Notes under the pieces: generated by a model
What the model was told of the DNA's origin: nothing
Database searches by the model: none
The model's input: the letters and a program-made list of their open reading frames with translations, nothing else
Shown here: one piece after another, positions 1 to 9,083 of the stretch
Numbering within the stretch: position 1 is the first letter of the stretch
Layout: every line of letters begins with the position of its first letter
Position numbers and translations under genes: made by a program
Source: an uncultured candidate division Zixibacteria bacterium
Lineage (GTDB): Bacteria; Zixibacteria; MSB-5A5; UBA10806; 4484-95
DNA: 64,000 nt
Assembly (NCBI GenBank): GCA_963668625.2
Contig: CAXXKA010000001.1
Span: 320,001-384,000 of the forward strand
Direction: 5' to 3'

Positions 1-2
1 GT

Positions 3-959
3 ACTATATACTTGAGCGTTATCTCGTTCATGCTGCCGCCGGCGTTCATGGGCGAGGCGATATTCAGCATTTTCCGGGCGGTTGGTGATACCACCACGCC
101 GATGAAACTGACTCTGGTAGCTATCTCGGTTAATATGATACTCGATCCGCTGCTTATTTTCGGTGTCGGGCCGTTTCCCGAAATGGGTATAGCCGGCGCC
201 GCTTTAGCTACCGTGATAGGTTATTACATAGCTCATGCATGGCTGCTTATCGATGTCAGCAAAGGTAAGCTACCGTTTAAAATAATCGAACTAAAACCGT
301 TGCCGTTTGATTTCAAACTTTTTTGGCGGCTCTCTAAAATCGGGCTGCCGATTGCCATATCGGGTATCGTGTTCTCGATTGTCTACCTGGTACTGGCGCG
401 CATAGCCGCCCCGTTCGGCGACTATGTCGTAGCCTCATTCAGAGTGGGCCAGTTAATCGAATCGGTATCGTTCATGGTATCATTCGGTATGGGACAGGCC
501 GCCGCCGGCATAATCGGCCAGAATCTCGGCGCAAATAAACCCGATAGAGCCGAAAGATCGGCGCTTGTCGCACAGGGGATAATTTCAGTATTTACTGTAT
601 TGATAACGTTCATACTGTTTTTCTTCGCCGAACCGATTACCAGGCTGTTCACCTCCGATCCTAAAACCATGGCCGCCACGATTCATTACCTGAAAATTAT
701 CGCATTGTCGCAGATATTTTCCGGGCTGGAGATCGTTCTGGAGGGGGCGTTCTCCGGCGCAGGCGATACTTTGCCGCCGATGCTGGTATCGCTGGTCGGC
801 ACCGTACTGCGAATACCATTAGCCATTGTGATGGTCGGTCCATTGGGCATGGGGTATGTTGCGCTTTATTGGGCTATTACTATTTCAACCGTATTAAAAG
901 GAATAGTGCTGTTCATTTGGTTCAGGCTCGGTAGATGGAAAACTAAGTCTATCGATTAA
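3..959 (+). CDS. MATE family efflux transporter (5' truncated by window edge)
   Basis: Motifs 'FRAVGDTTTPM', 'NMILDPLLIFG', 'GQNLGA', 'GAGDT'; multiple TM helices; frame open to the window start. Confidence 0.93.
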   Translation, partial: TIYLSVISFMLPPAFMGEAIFSIFRAVGDTTTPMKLTLVAISVNMILDPLLIFGVGPFPEMGIAGAALATVIGYYIAHAWLLIDVSKGKLPFKIIELKPLPFDFKLFWRLSKIGLPIAISGIVFSIVYLVLARIAAPFGDYVVASFRVGQLIESVSFMVSFGMGQAAAGIIGQNLGANKPDRAERSALVAQGIISVFTVLITFILFFFAEPITRLFTSDPKTMAATIHYLKIIALSQIFSGLEIVLEGAFSGAGDTLPPMLVSLVGTVLRIPLAIVMVGPLGMGYVALYWAITISTVLKGIVLFIWFRLGRWKTKSID

Positions 960-1007
960 TAAACAAAATACCGATAGATATCCATTGAAAGCAATGTATG
1001 GTCGATT

Positions 1008-1037
1008 TGTCATTCCGGGCGAAGCCCAGGAATCCAG
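1008..1037. repeat. Short REP-like palindrome (TGTCATTCC...GGAATCCAG type)
   Basis: tgtcattccgggcgaagcccaggaatccag; degenerate relative at 40048-40073. Confidence 0.55.
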
Positions 1038-1118
1038 ATGAGGGGAAAGGCAGACTGCTTAAATTGTTTCATATTACTAAACTCTGTTTGGCACTGTGTT
1101 TGAATTACTAAAATAGGA

Positions 1119-1372
1119 CACTACTGTCCGGCCTTTCCATCTCGTTGCGAAGCGCTGCTTCGCAACGTGGCTTGTTTGCCGGCAGAATGCTTATCCTACA
1201 TGACTCAAGAAGGTTTCCAAGCAGCGCTTGGAAACCAGGAAACTAAGCCTGACATCGACAGGACATATCAGAATGTATGATACGGTGAATGTTTAATTAT
1301 ATCGAAAAATATCTTTAGCTAACAATTCAAAGGAAAAATTTAAAATTTATCGAAAAACACCGGACACTAGTG
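1119..1372. mobile_element. MITE family A, complete copy with TIRs and 9 bp TSD
   Basis: Ends cactactgtccgg / ccggacactagtg (12/13 inverted match); flanked by aaaatagga at 1110-1118 and 1373-1381; homologous copy at 11811-12065. Confidence 0.88.
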
Positions 1373-1495
1373 AAAATAGGATTAATATCTAAAATCATCA
1401 GTACCACCTCATTACGAAGCGCCGATTCGTAATGTTGCTGTAATTGGCAGAATAATACATTTTTGCCAGTGCAGACAAGGTTCCAAAGTAGCGGG

Positions 1496-1643
1496 GGGCG
1501 CGTTGAATAAGTCCCTGCTGAGCAGTTGAGGTGTTAGGAATTCTTTCCTGACACCTGACTCCACGCGGGATGTCGCCGGGAAAGGATGAACAAAGGACTT
1601 CGTCCGCCCAGCGACGCGTGAGAATGACTTTTTCAACAAGCCC
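1496..1643. mobile_element. MITE-like repeat family B, most complete copy
   Basis: Ends gggcgcgttgaataagtc / gactttttcaacaagccc (15/18 inverted match); internal hairpin core recurs at ~15566, ~22057 and ~40205. Confidence 0.7.
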
Positions 1644-1697
1644 GTTAGATGGGATACCGCGTTAAATCGAAGCTCCTGCTATTTGGGATTGCCCATT

Positions 1698-1722
1698 AAA
1701 AAAGCCAGCCGAGGCTGGCTTT
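1698..1722 (-). terminator. Intrinsic terminator after the 1741-2130 gene
   Basis: agccagc-cgag-gctggct hairpin with T6 tract on the minus strand. Confidence 0.75.
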
Positions 1723-1740
1723 ATGCGCGGAAAATCTAAT

Positions 1741-2130
1741 TCAGGTCAATTTATTTTTTTCTTCCGCTTTTTCTTTCTCTTTCTCTTTTTTCTCCATAAA
1801 ATAGGAGATCATCAATGCGACACCGATCAGTAATGGGATTGAGCCGAACGCCATTCCACTACGTTCTCCCTCGGCAAGCATCATAAAAAAGAATCCGATA
1901 CCGATGGCGATCCAGATTAACGAGGCCTTGAAAGTCCCTAATGGCGATTTCTCCATTGATTTTAATTCGGGAACGGGCAAGCCTTTATCAATAGCTGCCT
2001 TATAAGCCTCGATTTCCAATTTTCGTTTTTTCATTGCCGCTATTATTATCGCGAGGGCTATTGCCAGTACAGTTGCCATACTCGTGATTATAGCGACTAT
2101 TGGAATGAAGGTTTCGAATATATCTACCAT
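1741..2130 (-). CDS. Small membrane protein, DUF6249-like, divergent from ECF sigma
   Basis: TM helix, 'AAIDKGLP' motif, two further TM helices; ATG 2130 preceded by AAGGAG. Confidence 0.72.
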   Translation of the reverse strand: MVDIFETFIPIVAIITSMATVLAIALAIIIAAMKKRKLEIEAYKAAIDKGLPVPELKSMEKSPLGTFKASLIWIAIGIGFFFMMLAEGERSGMAFGSIPLLIGVALMISYFMEKKEKEKEKAEEKNKLT

Positions 2131-2167
2131 AAAATTCTCCTTTCGCTTTCGTTTCTTTTGACTGTCA

Positions 2168-2241
2168 GACACGCCGGTCGCAGGATTTGTTACAAAAAAA
2201 GATTGAAAATAGTTTGTAACAAACGGTAGAATTAAATTGTC
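2168..2241. promoter_or_regulatory. Back-to-back putative ECF-sigma promoters
   Basis: TGTAACAAA-N15-GTC on + (2215-2241) and on - (2194-2168), identical spacing. Confidence 0.65.
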
Positions 2242-2251
2242 CTTATAACAA

Positions 2252-2851
2252 ATGTTAATGGTTTATCAAATAGCCGAACATGTCGGCGATAATGTGAAAA
2301 AAACAGCCCAAAAATTCAAAGCGCGATTCACGGCTACCGATTCCCAATTGCTTGAAAGGGCTAAGAATAAAAATTCCGAGGCGTTCGGCGAACTTGTCAA
2401 ACGTAATCAGAATTTTATCTACCGGACAGCGATGGGATATGTTGGTGATAGCGAGACAGCCCGGGATATCACTCAGGATGTATTTATCAAAGCTTATCGC
2501 GGGTTACCATATTTCCGGGATGACGCGCAGTTTACGACATGGCTGTATAAAATATGCAAAAACCAATGTCTGAATTTGTTGAGACATCGAAAACTGGAAA
2601 CAGGCGAGGCCGTAAAAGGGGAACAGAGCGCCGAATCGCAAATACCGCTTAGGCTGGGCATGCGGAAACTAATCGATTTACTGGCTGAGGAGTATCGGGA
2701 AATTATCATGCTTCGCTATTTCCAGGATTTAAAATATGATGAGATAGCCCGTTACCTTGATATACCGATAAGCACGGTGAAAATACGATTGTATCGGGCG
2801 AAACGTGAACTGAAAAAACTATATGGGGAGCATCGTACGAATGAGATGTGA
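2252..2851 (+). CDS. ECF RNA polymerase sigma-70 factor
   Basis: Region 2 'DITQDVFIKAY...FTTWLYKI'; region 4 'YDEIARYLDIPISTVKIRLYRAK'. Confidence 0.95.
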   Translation: MLMVYQIAEHVGDNVKKTAQKFKARFTATDSQLLERAKNKNSEAFGELVKRNQNFIYRTAMGYVGDSETARDITQDVFIKAYRGLPYFRDDAQFTTWLYKICKNQCLNLLRHRKLETGEAVKGEQSAESQIPLRLGMRKLIDLLAEEYREIIMLRYFQDLKYDEIARYLDIPISTVKIRLYRAKRELKKLYGEHRTNEM

Positions 2852-3341
2852 TGAAATCGAAAAGGCGTTAAACGGCGAACCGGCCGACTTTAAGGCCGCC
2901 GCTCGCCATATCAAGAAATGTCCGTACTGCAGTAAAATCTATAAAGATGAACTGGAGTTGGAATATTCGCTCAGGGAGTTAAGCCTCGAGGATGAGTCCG
3001 TGGATATAATGCCCGAGCTTTATAGCCGTCTCGAGTTCGAACACGAACAGGTGAAAGCCTCGTCGGTAATAAGGCGATGGGCCTGGTTCGGTTCGGTAGT
3101 ATTCGTTCTGGGATTCATACTTGCCAATCTCGAATCGATCGTTGGCCTGATCAACAGGGGAATGGTTTATCTCAGTTCCTGGCAATCGAATGCCCTGGCG
3201 CCTCAAACCGGTGATTTTAACAGGATGGCTCAAACATTCCAGTCCTCGGATTATTTCTACACGGTGTTGTTAATCGGGGGGGCTTTCGTGGCGGTGGTGT
3301 TCTATTACCTGTGGCGGGAATTCCGCGAGATTACGAAGTAG
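2841..3341 (+). CDS. Zinc-binding membrane anti-sigma factor
   Basis: 'MRC...HIKKCPYC' (HxxxCxxC) plus two TM helices; overlaps the sigma stop. Confidence 0.8.
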   Translation: MRCDEIEKALNGEPADFKAAARHIKKCPYCSKIYKDELELEYSLRELSLEDESVDIMPELYSRLEFEHEQVKASSVIRRWAWFGSVVFVLGFILANLESIVGLINRGMVYLSSWQSNALAPQTGDFNRMAQTFQSSDYFYTVLLIGGAFVAVVFYYLWREFREITK

Positions 3342-3578
3342 GGGAGGCGCCAAAATTCGTAACGCGGGTATCTAGCTTTAGTGGTAGAATGGCTTCATTT
3401 TTTTCTTCTCGCTATCATACTCCATTTTGCTTTAGTAATTGATTAAATACCAGTTCTTTCGGATGAGAATGTCCAGGGTCTTAGGTGAAATTGATATGAA
3501 AAAAAGAGCGTCCGATCGAACGCTCCTTCAAATATTGACTTTGGCTAAAAATCCCTGAGGAAATCGCCTGTTTAAAAC

Positions 3579-3935
3579 TTATCTTCTTCTGTTGCCGATC
3601 TCTTTCATGGACTTTTTCAGATTGTCATCCTCAGCCATCTTGGAAAGCATGATCTCGCCCATGCCGGGGAATTCCAGTAAAGTATTCATCATGATTTCAC
3701 GATTGGCCATGGTTTTCGAATACTCATTGACGATTTGGGCAACCCAGGCAGAGTCAGCCAGCACCTGCGTGGTAATCTCGGCCTTGACACCTTCATCGGT
3801 CATCATTTGGGTCATGAGGTATGTTTTCATTTCAGGATTATCGAGAATTTGATCGAGAGCTTTCTGCTGGTCGCAACCGACAAGTATCGCCCCAACAATC
3901 GAAACCAGGATAATAAGGATAGCAGCTTTTCTCAC
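3579..3935 (-). CDS. Met-rich hypothetical lipoprotein
   Basis: GTG start after GGAGG; lipobox 'ILVG-C'; helical Met-rich body. Confidence 0.7.
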   Translation of the reverse strand: MRKAAILIILVSIVGAILVGCDQQKALDQILDNPEMKTYLMTQMMTDEGVKAEITTQVLADSAWVAQIVNEYSKTMANREIMMNTLLEFPGMGEIMLSKMAEDDNLKKSMKEIGNRRR

Positions 3936-4027
3936 GTTAACCTCCATTAAGTTTGAAATTATCAATATTCTGATTGTTTAATAAATTACTTGGCAAAGAA
4001 GTGTCAAGATTAAAATTAACAAAGTGC

Positions 4028-4056
4028 TTGACCGTTCCATGTATATGTTGTATATG
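4028..4056 (+). promoter_or_regulatory. Sigma70-like promoter of the fur pair
   Basis: TTGACC-N17-TATATG, 13 nt before ATG 4070. Confidence 0.55.
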
Positions 4057-4069
4057 GAAATCAATATCA

Positions 4070-4522
4070 ATGTCAGATGCTGAGCAAAATAATGTCAGGG
4101 AACGATTTAATTCGTTCTTGCAGAGCAAAGGTCTTAAACTGACCTCGGAGAGATTGACTATTTTTAATGAGGCCCTGGCAACCGAGGGACATTTCGAGGC
4201 CGATGATCTTCTGGTTATTTTAAAGCAGAGGGGCCGTAAAACCTCCCGGGCAACGATTTATAGAACACTGGAAATCCTGGCCGAATCCGGTGTGCTTCGT
4301 AAGGTATATCTAGGCTCGGCCGCTATCCATTTCGAGAAAATCAGCGATAAGCCAAGATACGACCATATGATCTGCCAGAAATGCGGAGCAAGAATCGAAT
4401 TTCATCAACCCGAATTACTGAAACTTCAGGCTAATCTGGTCGATGAGTATAAATTCGAGGTTAAAGATTATTGCTATCAAATATTTGGGTTATGTAAAAA
4501 TTGCATCGAGGATAACAGATGA
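4070..4522 (+). CDS. fur: Fur family transcriptional regulator (paralog 1)
   Basis: 'GLKLTSERLTI', 'HFEADDL', 'SRATIYRTL', CxxC and C-terminal 'GLCKNC'. Confidence 0.88.
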   Translation: MSDAEQNNVRERFNSFLQSKGLKLTSERLTIFNEALATEGHFEADDLLVILKQRGRKTSRATIYRTLEILAESGVLRKVYLGSAAIHFEKISDKPRYDHMICQKCGARIEFHQPELLKLQANLVDEYKFEVKDYCYQIFGLCKNCIEDNR

Positions 4523-4944
4523 AAACAGAGAAAGAAGTTTTTGCCGATCATCTGAAAACGAAAAACCTGAAAAAGACCGATCAGAGATTTAATATTCTCG
4601 ATATTTTCTTAACCACCACCGGTCATATTTCAGCCTATGAGCTTCACGCTCTTATTCGTAAACAGTATTCCAATATCGGTTTTTCGACAGTCTACCGCAC
4701 ATTGAAATTATTTACCGAATGTGGCATTGCCAACGATGTTAATTTCGGGGATGGCAAAGCGCGGTTCGAGAAAGCCTTTCGCCGCCAGAATCACGGCCAC
4801 CTTATTTGCACGAAATGCGGTCAGACGGAGGAGTTTACCTCGCCCTCGGTTGAGAATGTTCAGAAACAGATAGTAGGCAAGTTCGGGTACAAACCGCAGG
4901 GTTTCCGATTCGAGATTTACGGTCTGTGCAAGAAGTGCCGTTAA
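4519..4944 (+). CDS. fur: Fur family transcriptional regulator (paralog 2)
   Basis: 'KTDQRFNIL', 'STVYRTLKL', 'HGHLICTKCG', 'YGLCKKC'. Confidence 0.9.
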   Translation: MKTEKEVFADHLKTKNLKKTDQRFNILDIFLTTTGHISAYELHALIRKQYSNIGFSTVYRTLKLFTECGIANDVNFGDGKARFEKAFRRQNHGHLICTKCGQTEEFTSPSVENVQKQIVGKFGYKPQGFRFEIYGLCKKCR

Positions 4945-5027
4945 ACCGGCGGCCTCGTTCGGAGAATATTCTCGTCTTATCGTTTATACAGATTGAATCA
5001 TATCGTTTTATTGTATATATTCAACTC

Positions 5028-5789
5028 ATGAGAGCATTAAGTTATATACCGCGCAACCGCTATACCGGTATTGCCGATGAAGCCAAACTGATATTAAGTA
5101 TTAGTTTCTCAATAATAGCGTTATCTGCGTATATGATCGAAACCCAGGTGATATTTTTCGGGATTCTTCTGACCATCGCTATTTCCGGTGGCTTGAAACC
5201 AGGCTTCATATTGGATTATGTGCGGCTTTTCGCGCCGGTAATGGCATTTATTTTCATCCTTCACCTGTTTTACCATGAGGGCGAACCGTTGTTTACGGTC
5301 TGGAAATTCACCGCCAGCGATTTCGGGCTGTATTCCGGCTCGATAAATTTGCTGAGATTCATCAATTTCGTTATAATCGGAATATGCTTTTTTAGTTTTA
5401 GCTCTCCTTTAAATATCTCCTCTAAAATAGCTACCGGTTTCGGCTTGGCTAAAAGTAGATTCTTCCAGGAGCTGGCATTGGTGTTTTTCATCGCGCTCAG
5501 GTTTTTGCCGGTACTATTGCGTGAACGGGAATCATTGAAACTGGCGATGCGAGCGCGGGGAGTCAATTTCGGCAGACATTTCACTAACAGGCTGAGAGCA
5601 AATATAAAGCTCATGTTTCCTCTTATAATCAGAGTCGCCTGGCAAACCGATGATGTCGCGCTGGCCATGTCGTTGAAAGGTGATGGCGATACATATTTCG
5701 TACCGGAACGCATCAGGCTGAAATTCATCGATTTCATATTGATTTGCCTGGGGATAGGCGGGGCGTTCGGGATTTTCTATTATGAGTAA
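5028..5789 (+). CDS. ecfT: ECF transporter transmembrane component EcfT/CbiQ
   Basis: 'IALRFLPVL', 'AMRARG', 'ALAMSLKG' coupling-helix motifs; precedes truA. Confidence 0.82.
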   Translation: MRALSYIPRNRYTGIADEAKLILSISFSIIALSAYMIETQVIFFGILLTIAISGGLKPGFILDYVRLFAPVMAFIFILHLFYHEGEPLFTVWKFTASDFGLYSGSINLLRFINFVIIGICFFSFSSPLNISSKIATGFGLAKSRFFQELALVFFIALRFLPVLLRERESLKLAMRARGVNFGRHFTNRLRANIKLMFPLIIRVAWQTDDVALAMSLKGDGDTYFVPERIRLKFIDFILICLGIGGAFGIFYYE

Positions 5790-6525
5790 ATACTGCTATA
5801 AACTGATTATCGAATATGACGGCGGTGGTTTTTGCGGCTGGCAGATACAGCCGGGAAAACGTTCCGTACAACAGGTCATCATTGATGCTATCTTTCGCTT
5901 TACCCGCGAGAAAGTCAAACTCGAGGGAGCCGGTCGCACCGATGCCGGCGTGCATGCGATCGGACAGGTGGGAGCGTTCAAGCTGGAAAAGCCGCAGAAA
6001 ACCGAGCAGATTTTTTATCGTCTGAATCGCTTGTTGCCTGATGATGTAGCGGTTAAAAAGGTCACCAGGGTGTTGCCGGAATTCGATCCGCGTCGCCTGG
6101 CTATCGAACGTACATATCGCTATTATATTACCGAAACACCACAACCCCTGATCCGTAACAGGGCACACTACAGCCATCGCCGGTTGGATATGGATAAACT
6201 CAATAAAGCGGCCGGGGTATTTCCGGGAAGACATGATTACTCCTCATTTTGCAAGCAGAAATCGCTCAAACAGGATAATCACTGTAAGATTATCAGGTCA
6301 GCATGGTTCCGTCATTCGGGTATGCTAATCTATGAGGTGAAAGCAGATAGATTTCTCCATCACATGGTGCGCCGCCTGGTTGGGGCAATGCTTGCTTACG
6401 AGGATTCAAAAATAAACTTGACACAATTGAAGGCTTTTTTGAATAATAGCTCTAACGTGAAATACAGTGCACCGGCTAATGGTTTGGTATTAGTTAATGT
6501 AAGATATAGAAGGGAAGCAAAATGA
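5782..6525 (+). CDS. truA: tRNA pseudouridine(38-40) synthase
   Basis: '[13 protein letters not shown]', '[11 protein letters not shown]', 'FLHHMVR'. Confidence 0.97.
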   Translation: MSKYCYKLIIEYDGGGFCGWQIQPGKRSVQQVIIDAIFRFTREKVKLEGAGRTDAGVHAIGQVGAFKLEKPQKTEQIFYRLNRLLPDDVAVKKVTRVLPEFDPRRLAIERTYRYYITETPQPLIRNRAHYSHRRLDMDKLNKAAGVFPGRHDYSSFCKQKSLKQDNHCKIIRSAWFRHSGMLIYEVKADRFLHHMVRRLVGAMLAYEDSKINLTQLKAFLNNSSNVKYSAPANGLVLVNVRYRREAK

Positions 6526-7166
6526 AATTTTTTATCGACACCGCCAATATCGATGAGATCAAGAAAGCGGCGGAATTCGGCGTTCTGGATGGCGTAACCA
6601 CGAATCCATCACTGCTGGCGAAAGAAAAAGGCGACTACCGTGATATCCTGACCAATATCTGCGAGATCGTCGATGGCCCGATATCGGCCGAGGTAACGGC
6701 GGTTGATACCGAGGGAATGGTAAAAGAGGCTCTGGAACTGGCTAAAATCCATAAGAATATTACTATTAAGGTGCCATGCATACGGGATGGTTTCATCGCC
6801 ACCAAACAGCTTTCCGAGAAAGGTATCATGGTCAACATGACACTTTGTTTCTCGCCTTTGCAGGCTTTGTTGGCTGCCAAAGCCGGCGCGGCATTCATCT
6901 CGCCGTTCGTCGGCCGTCTGGATGATGTCAGCCATGTCGGTATGGATTTGATCGAGCAGATCATTCAAATATATGATAATTATGCATTCTCCACGGAGGT
7001 ATTGGTTGCCTCTGTCAGAACTCAGTTACATGTAGTCGAATCGGCGATCATGGGCGCGGATGTCATTACCATGCCATATAAAGTAATCGAGCAGATGGCG
7101 AAGCATCCTCTTACTGATGTTGGTTTGGAGAAGTTTTTAGCCGATTGGGAGAAAGTGAAAAAGTAG
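6522..7166 (+). CDS. tal: Transaldolase (short, FSA-like class)
   Basis: 'FFIDTAN', 'GVTTNPSL', 'ISAEV', 'SPFVGRLDD', 'HPLTDVGL'. Confidence 0.92.
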   Translation: MKFFIDTANIDEIKKAAEFGVLDGVTTNPSLLAKEKGDYRDILTNICEIVDGPISAEVTAVDTEGMVKEALELAKIHKNITIKVPCIRDGFIATKQLSEKGIMVNMTLCFSPLQALLAAKAGAAFISPFVGRLDDVSHVGMDLIEQIIQIYDNYAFSTEVLVASVRTQLHVVESAIMGADVITMPYKVIEQMAKHPLTDVGLEKFLADWEKVKK

Positions 7167-7170
7167 TACA

Positions 7171-8463
7171 ATGATTAAACGCTATACTTTGCCCGAGATG
7201 GGCGCGCTCTGGACTGATGAATCTAAATTTCGTACCTGGCTCGATGTTGAAATCGCGGCATGTGAGGCCTGGGCCGGCCTGGGAAAAATCCCTAAAAAGG
7301 CAGTAGCCGAAATAAAGCGTAAAGCCGAATTCAATGTCGAACGTATATTGGAAATCGAGGAGGAGATACAGCATGATGTTATCGCCTTTCTCACCAATAT
7401 TGCCGAGTATGTCGGCCCTAATGCCAAATATATTCACTATGGCCTGACCTCCTCGGATGTTCTAGATATATCGCAAACAATTATCATCCAGAAAGCCGCG
7501 GTACTTATTCGCAAACGTCTCGTACGGGTTAGCGGCATACTTAAAAAATTAACCAAACGTTATGCCAATACGCTGCATATAGGTCGTACGCACGGCGTTC
7601 ATGCCGAACCAACGACGTTCGGCTTGAAAATGGCGATGTGGTATCGTGAGATTCTTCGCGATTTAAAGCGTTTCGATGAAGCTGTTGCCGGATTGGCTGT
7701 GGGTAAGGTCTCCGGCGCGGTGGGGAATTTCGCTCATATAGATCCACGAGTGGAGAAATATGTCTGTCGTAAGTTCAAGCTCAAACCGGCCACGGTCTCG
7801 ACCCAGATTATCCAACGGGATCGTCACGCGCATTTTCTCAACGTACTGGCCGTCATAGGCGGTACGCTGGAGAAATTCTCTATCGAAATCAGGAGTCTTC
7901 AAAGAACCGAGATAAGCGAAGTAGAGGAGGGATTCGGCAAAAAACAGAAAGGCTCCTCGGCCATGCCGCACAAGAAAAATCCGATCTATTGCGAAAAAGT
8001 CTCCGGCCTGGCTCGCTTACTGAGAGGTAATGCCCTGGCCGGTATGGAAAATCAAGCTCTCTGGCATGAACGCGATATCAGCCACAGCTCGGTGGAACGT
8101 GTTATCATTCCCGACTCATGTATTATCGCCGACTACGATCTGTCGTTGATCGAGAGGATATTAACCGGCATGGTGGTCAATACCAAACGCATGAAAGAAA
8201 ATCTCTGGATGGGCGGAGGCCTGGTGTTTTCGCAGCGGATACTGCTTGCTTTGATATCGAGGATGCCGAGCCGCGAGAAAGCTTATCTTATAGTGCAATC
8301 CCTGGCGATGACCGCTCGCAAAGAAAACAGGAGTTTCAGGGAACTGGTAGAAAATTCGACCGAGGTAGCCGAAATTCTTTCCGAAAAAGAGATTGAGGAT
8401 TGCTTCGATGTTAACTATTTTACTAAAAGAATAAATGGTGTAATTAAAAGGGCTCTTAGCTAA
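7171..8463 (+). CDS. purB: Adenylosuccinate lyase
   Basis: 'GRTHGVHAEPTTFG', 'SSAMPHKKNP', 'LWHERDISHSSVER'. Confidence 0.98.
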   Translation: MIKRYTLPEMGALWTDESKFRTWLDVEIAACEAWAGLGKIPKKAVAEIKRKAEFNVERILEIEEEIQHDVIAFLTNIAEYVGPNAKYIHYGLTSSDVLDISQTIIIQKAAVLIRKRLVRVSGILKKLTKRYANTLHIGRTHGVHAEPTTFGLKMAMWYREILRDLKRFDEAVAGLAVGKVSGAVGNFAHIDPRVEKYVCRKFKLKPATVSTQIIQRDRHAHFLNVLAVIGGTLEKFSIEIRSLQRTEISEVEEGFGKKQKGSSAMPHKKNPIYCEKVSGLARLLRGNALAGMENQALWHERDISHSSVERVIIPDSCIIADYDLSLIERILTGMVVNTKRMKENLWMGGGLVFSQRILLALISRMPSREKAYLIVQSLAMTARKENRSFRELVENSTEVAEILSEKEIEDCFDVNYFTKRINGVIKRALS

Positions 8464-9083
8464 TGGCCAAAGAAGGATTTTACTTTTATTTGCCGTTTGT
8501 CATTTTAACGGCAGTTTTCTTTTTTCTGTTTTATAGGAACTACGACATAAATTACACTTATTGGGCTGTCGCTTTTTTCATGTTTGGCAATTTACTGCTG
8601 CTGTTTTTTCGCGATCCCCAGCGTAAGATACCCGAGGGCGATGATATAGTTGTCGCGCCTGCCGATGGTAAGGTCGTATCGATCGAGGAACATGACGGTT
8701 ATCGTCAGATATCCATATTCCTGTCGATTTTTAATGTCCATGTAAACCGGGTACCGATGGCGGGAAGAGTAAACAGGGTGAAAGTCAAACCCGGCAAATA
8801 TTTGGCCGCATTCAACAAACAGGCCTCGGAGGTCAATCAGCGTACGGAGATCGATTTCGAGACCGATCGTGGTCAGGTCAGGGTTCATCTAATTGCCGGT
8901 ATTCTCGCCAGACGAATCAAATGCAGAGTCTCAGAATCACAAACAGTCAAAAAGGGCGACAGATTGGGGCTAATTATGTTCGGCAGCCGGGTAGATTTAT
9001 TTATACCTTTGGAAGTTAAGGTCGACATTAATATAGGAGATAAGGTCAAAGGCGCTAAGACCATAATAGGGAGATTCGTTTGA
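8463..9083 (+). CDS. psd: Phosphatidylserine decarboxylase proenzyme
   Basis: 'FFRDPQR', 'APADGKV', 'NVHVNRVP', 'FGSRVD' cleavage motif. Confidence 0.95.
   Translation: MAKEGFYFYLPFVILTAVFFFLFYRNYDINYTYWAVAFFMFGNLLLLFFRDPQRKIPEGDDIVVAPADGKVVSIEEHDGYRQISIFLSIFNVHVNRVPMAGRVNRVKVKPGKYLAAFNKQASEVNQRTEIDFETDRGQVRVHLIAGILARRIKCRVSESQTVKKGDRLGLIMFGSRVDLFIPLEVKVDINIGDKVKGAKTIIGRFV

Noticed and set aside
1140-1239. Recurring palindromes as a possible CRISPR array
   Set aside because: Copies are dispersed inverted doublets, not regularly spaced direct repeats with unique spacers; no cas genes
1552-1630. Family B core as a hammerhead ribozyme
   Set aside because: No CUGANGA plus GAAA core in the right arrangement on either strand
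1412-1639. Short ORFs over repeats (also 13408-13707, 15462-15838, 41199-41529, 43010-43447)
   Set aside because: They translate MITE/REP sequence or overlap real genes; no RBS or protein-like features
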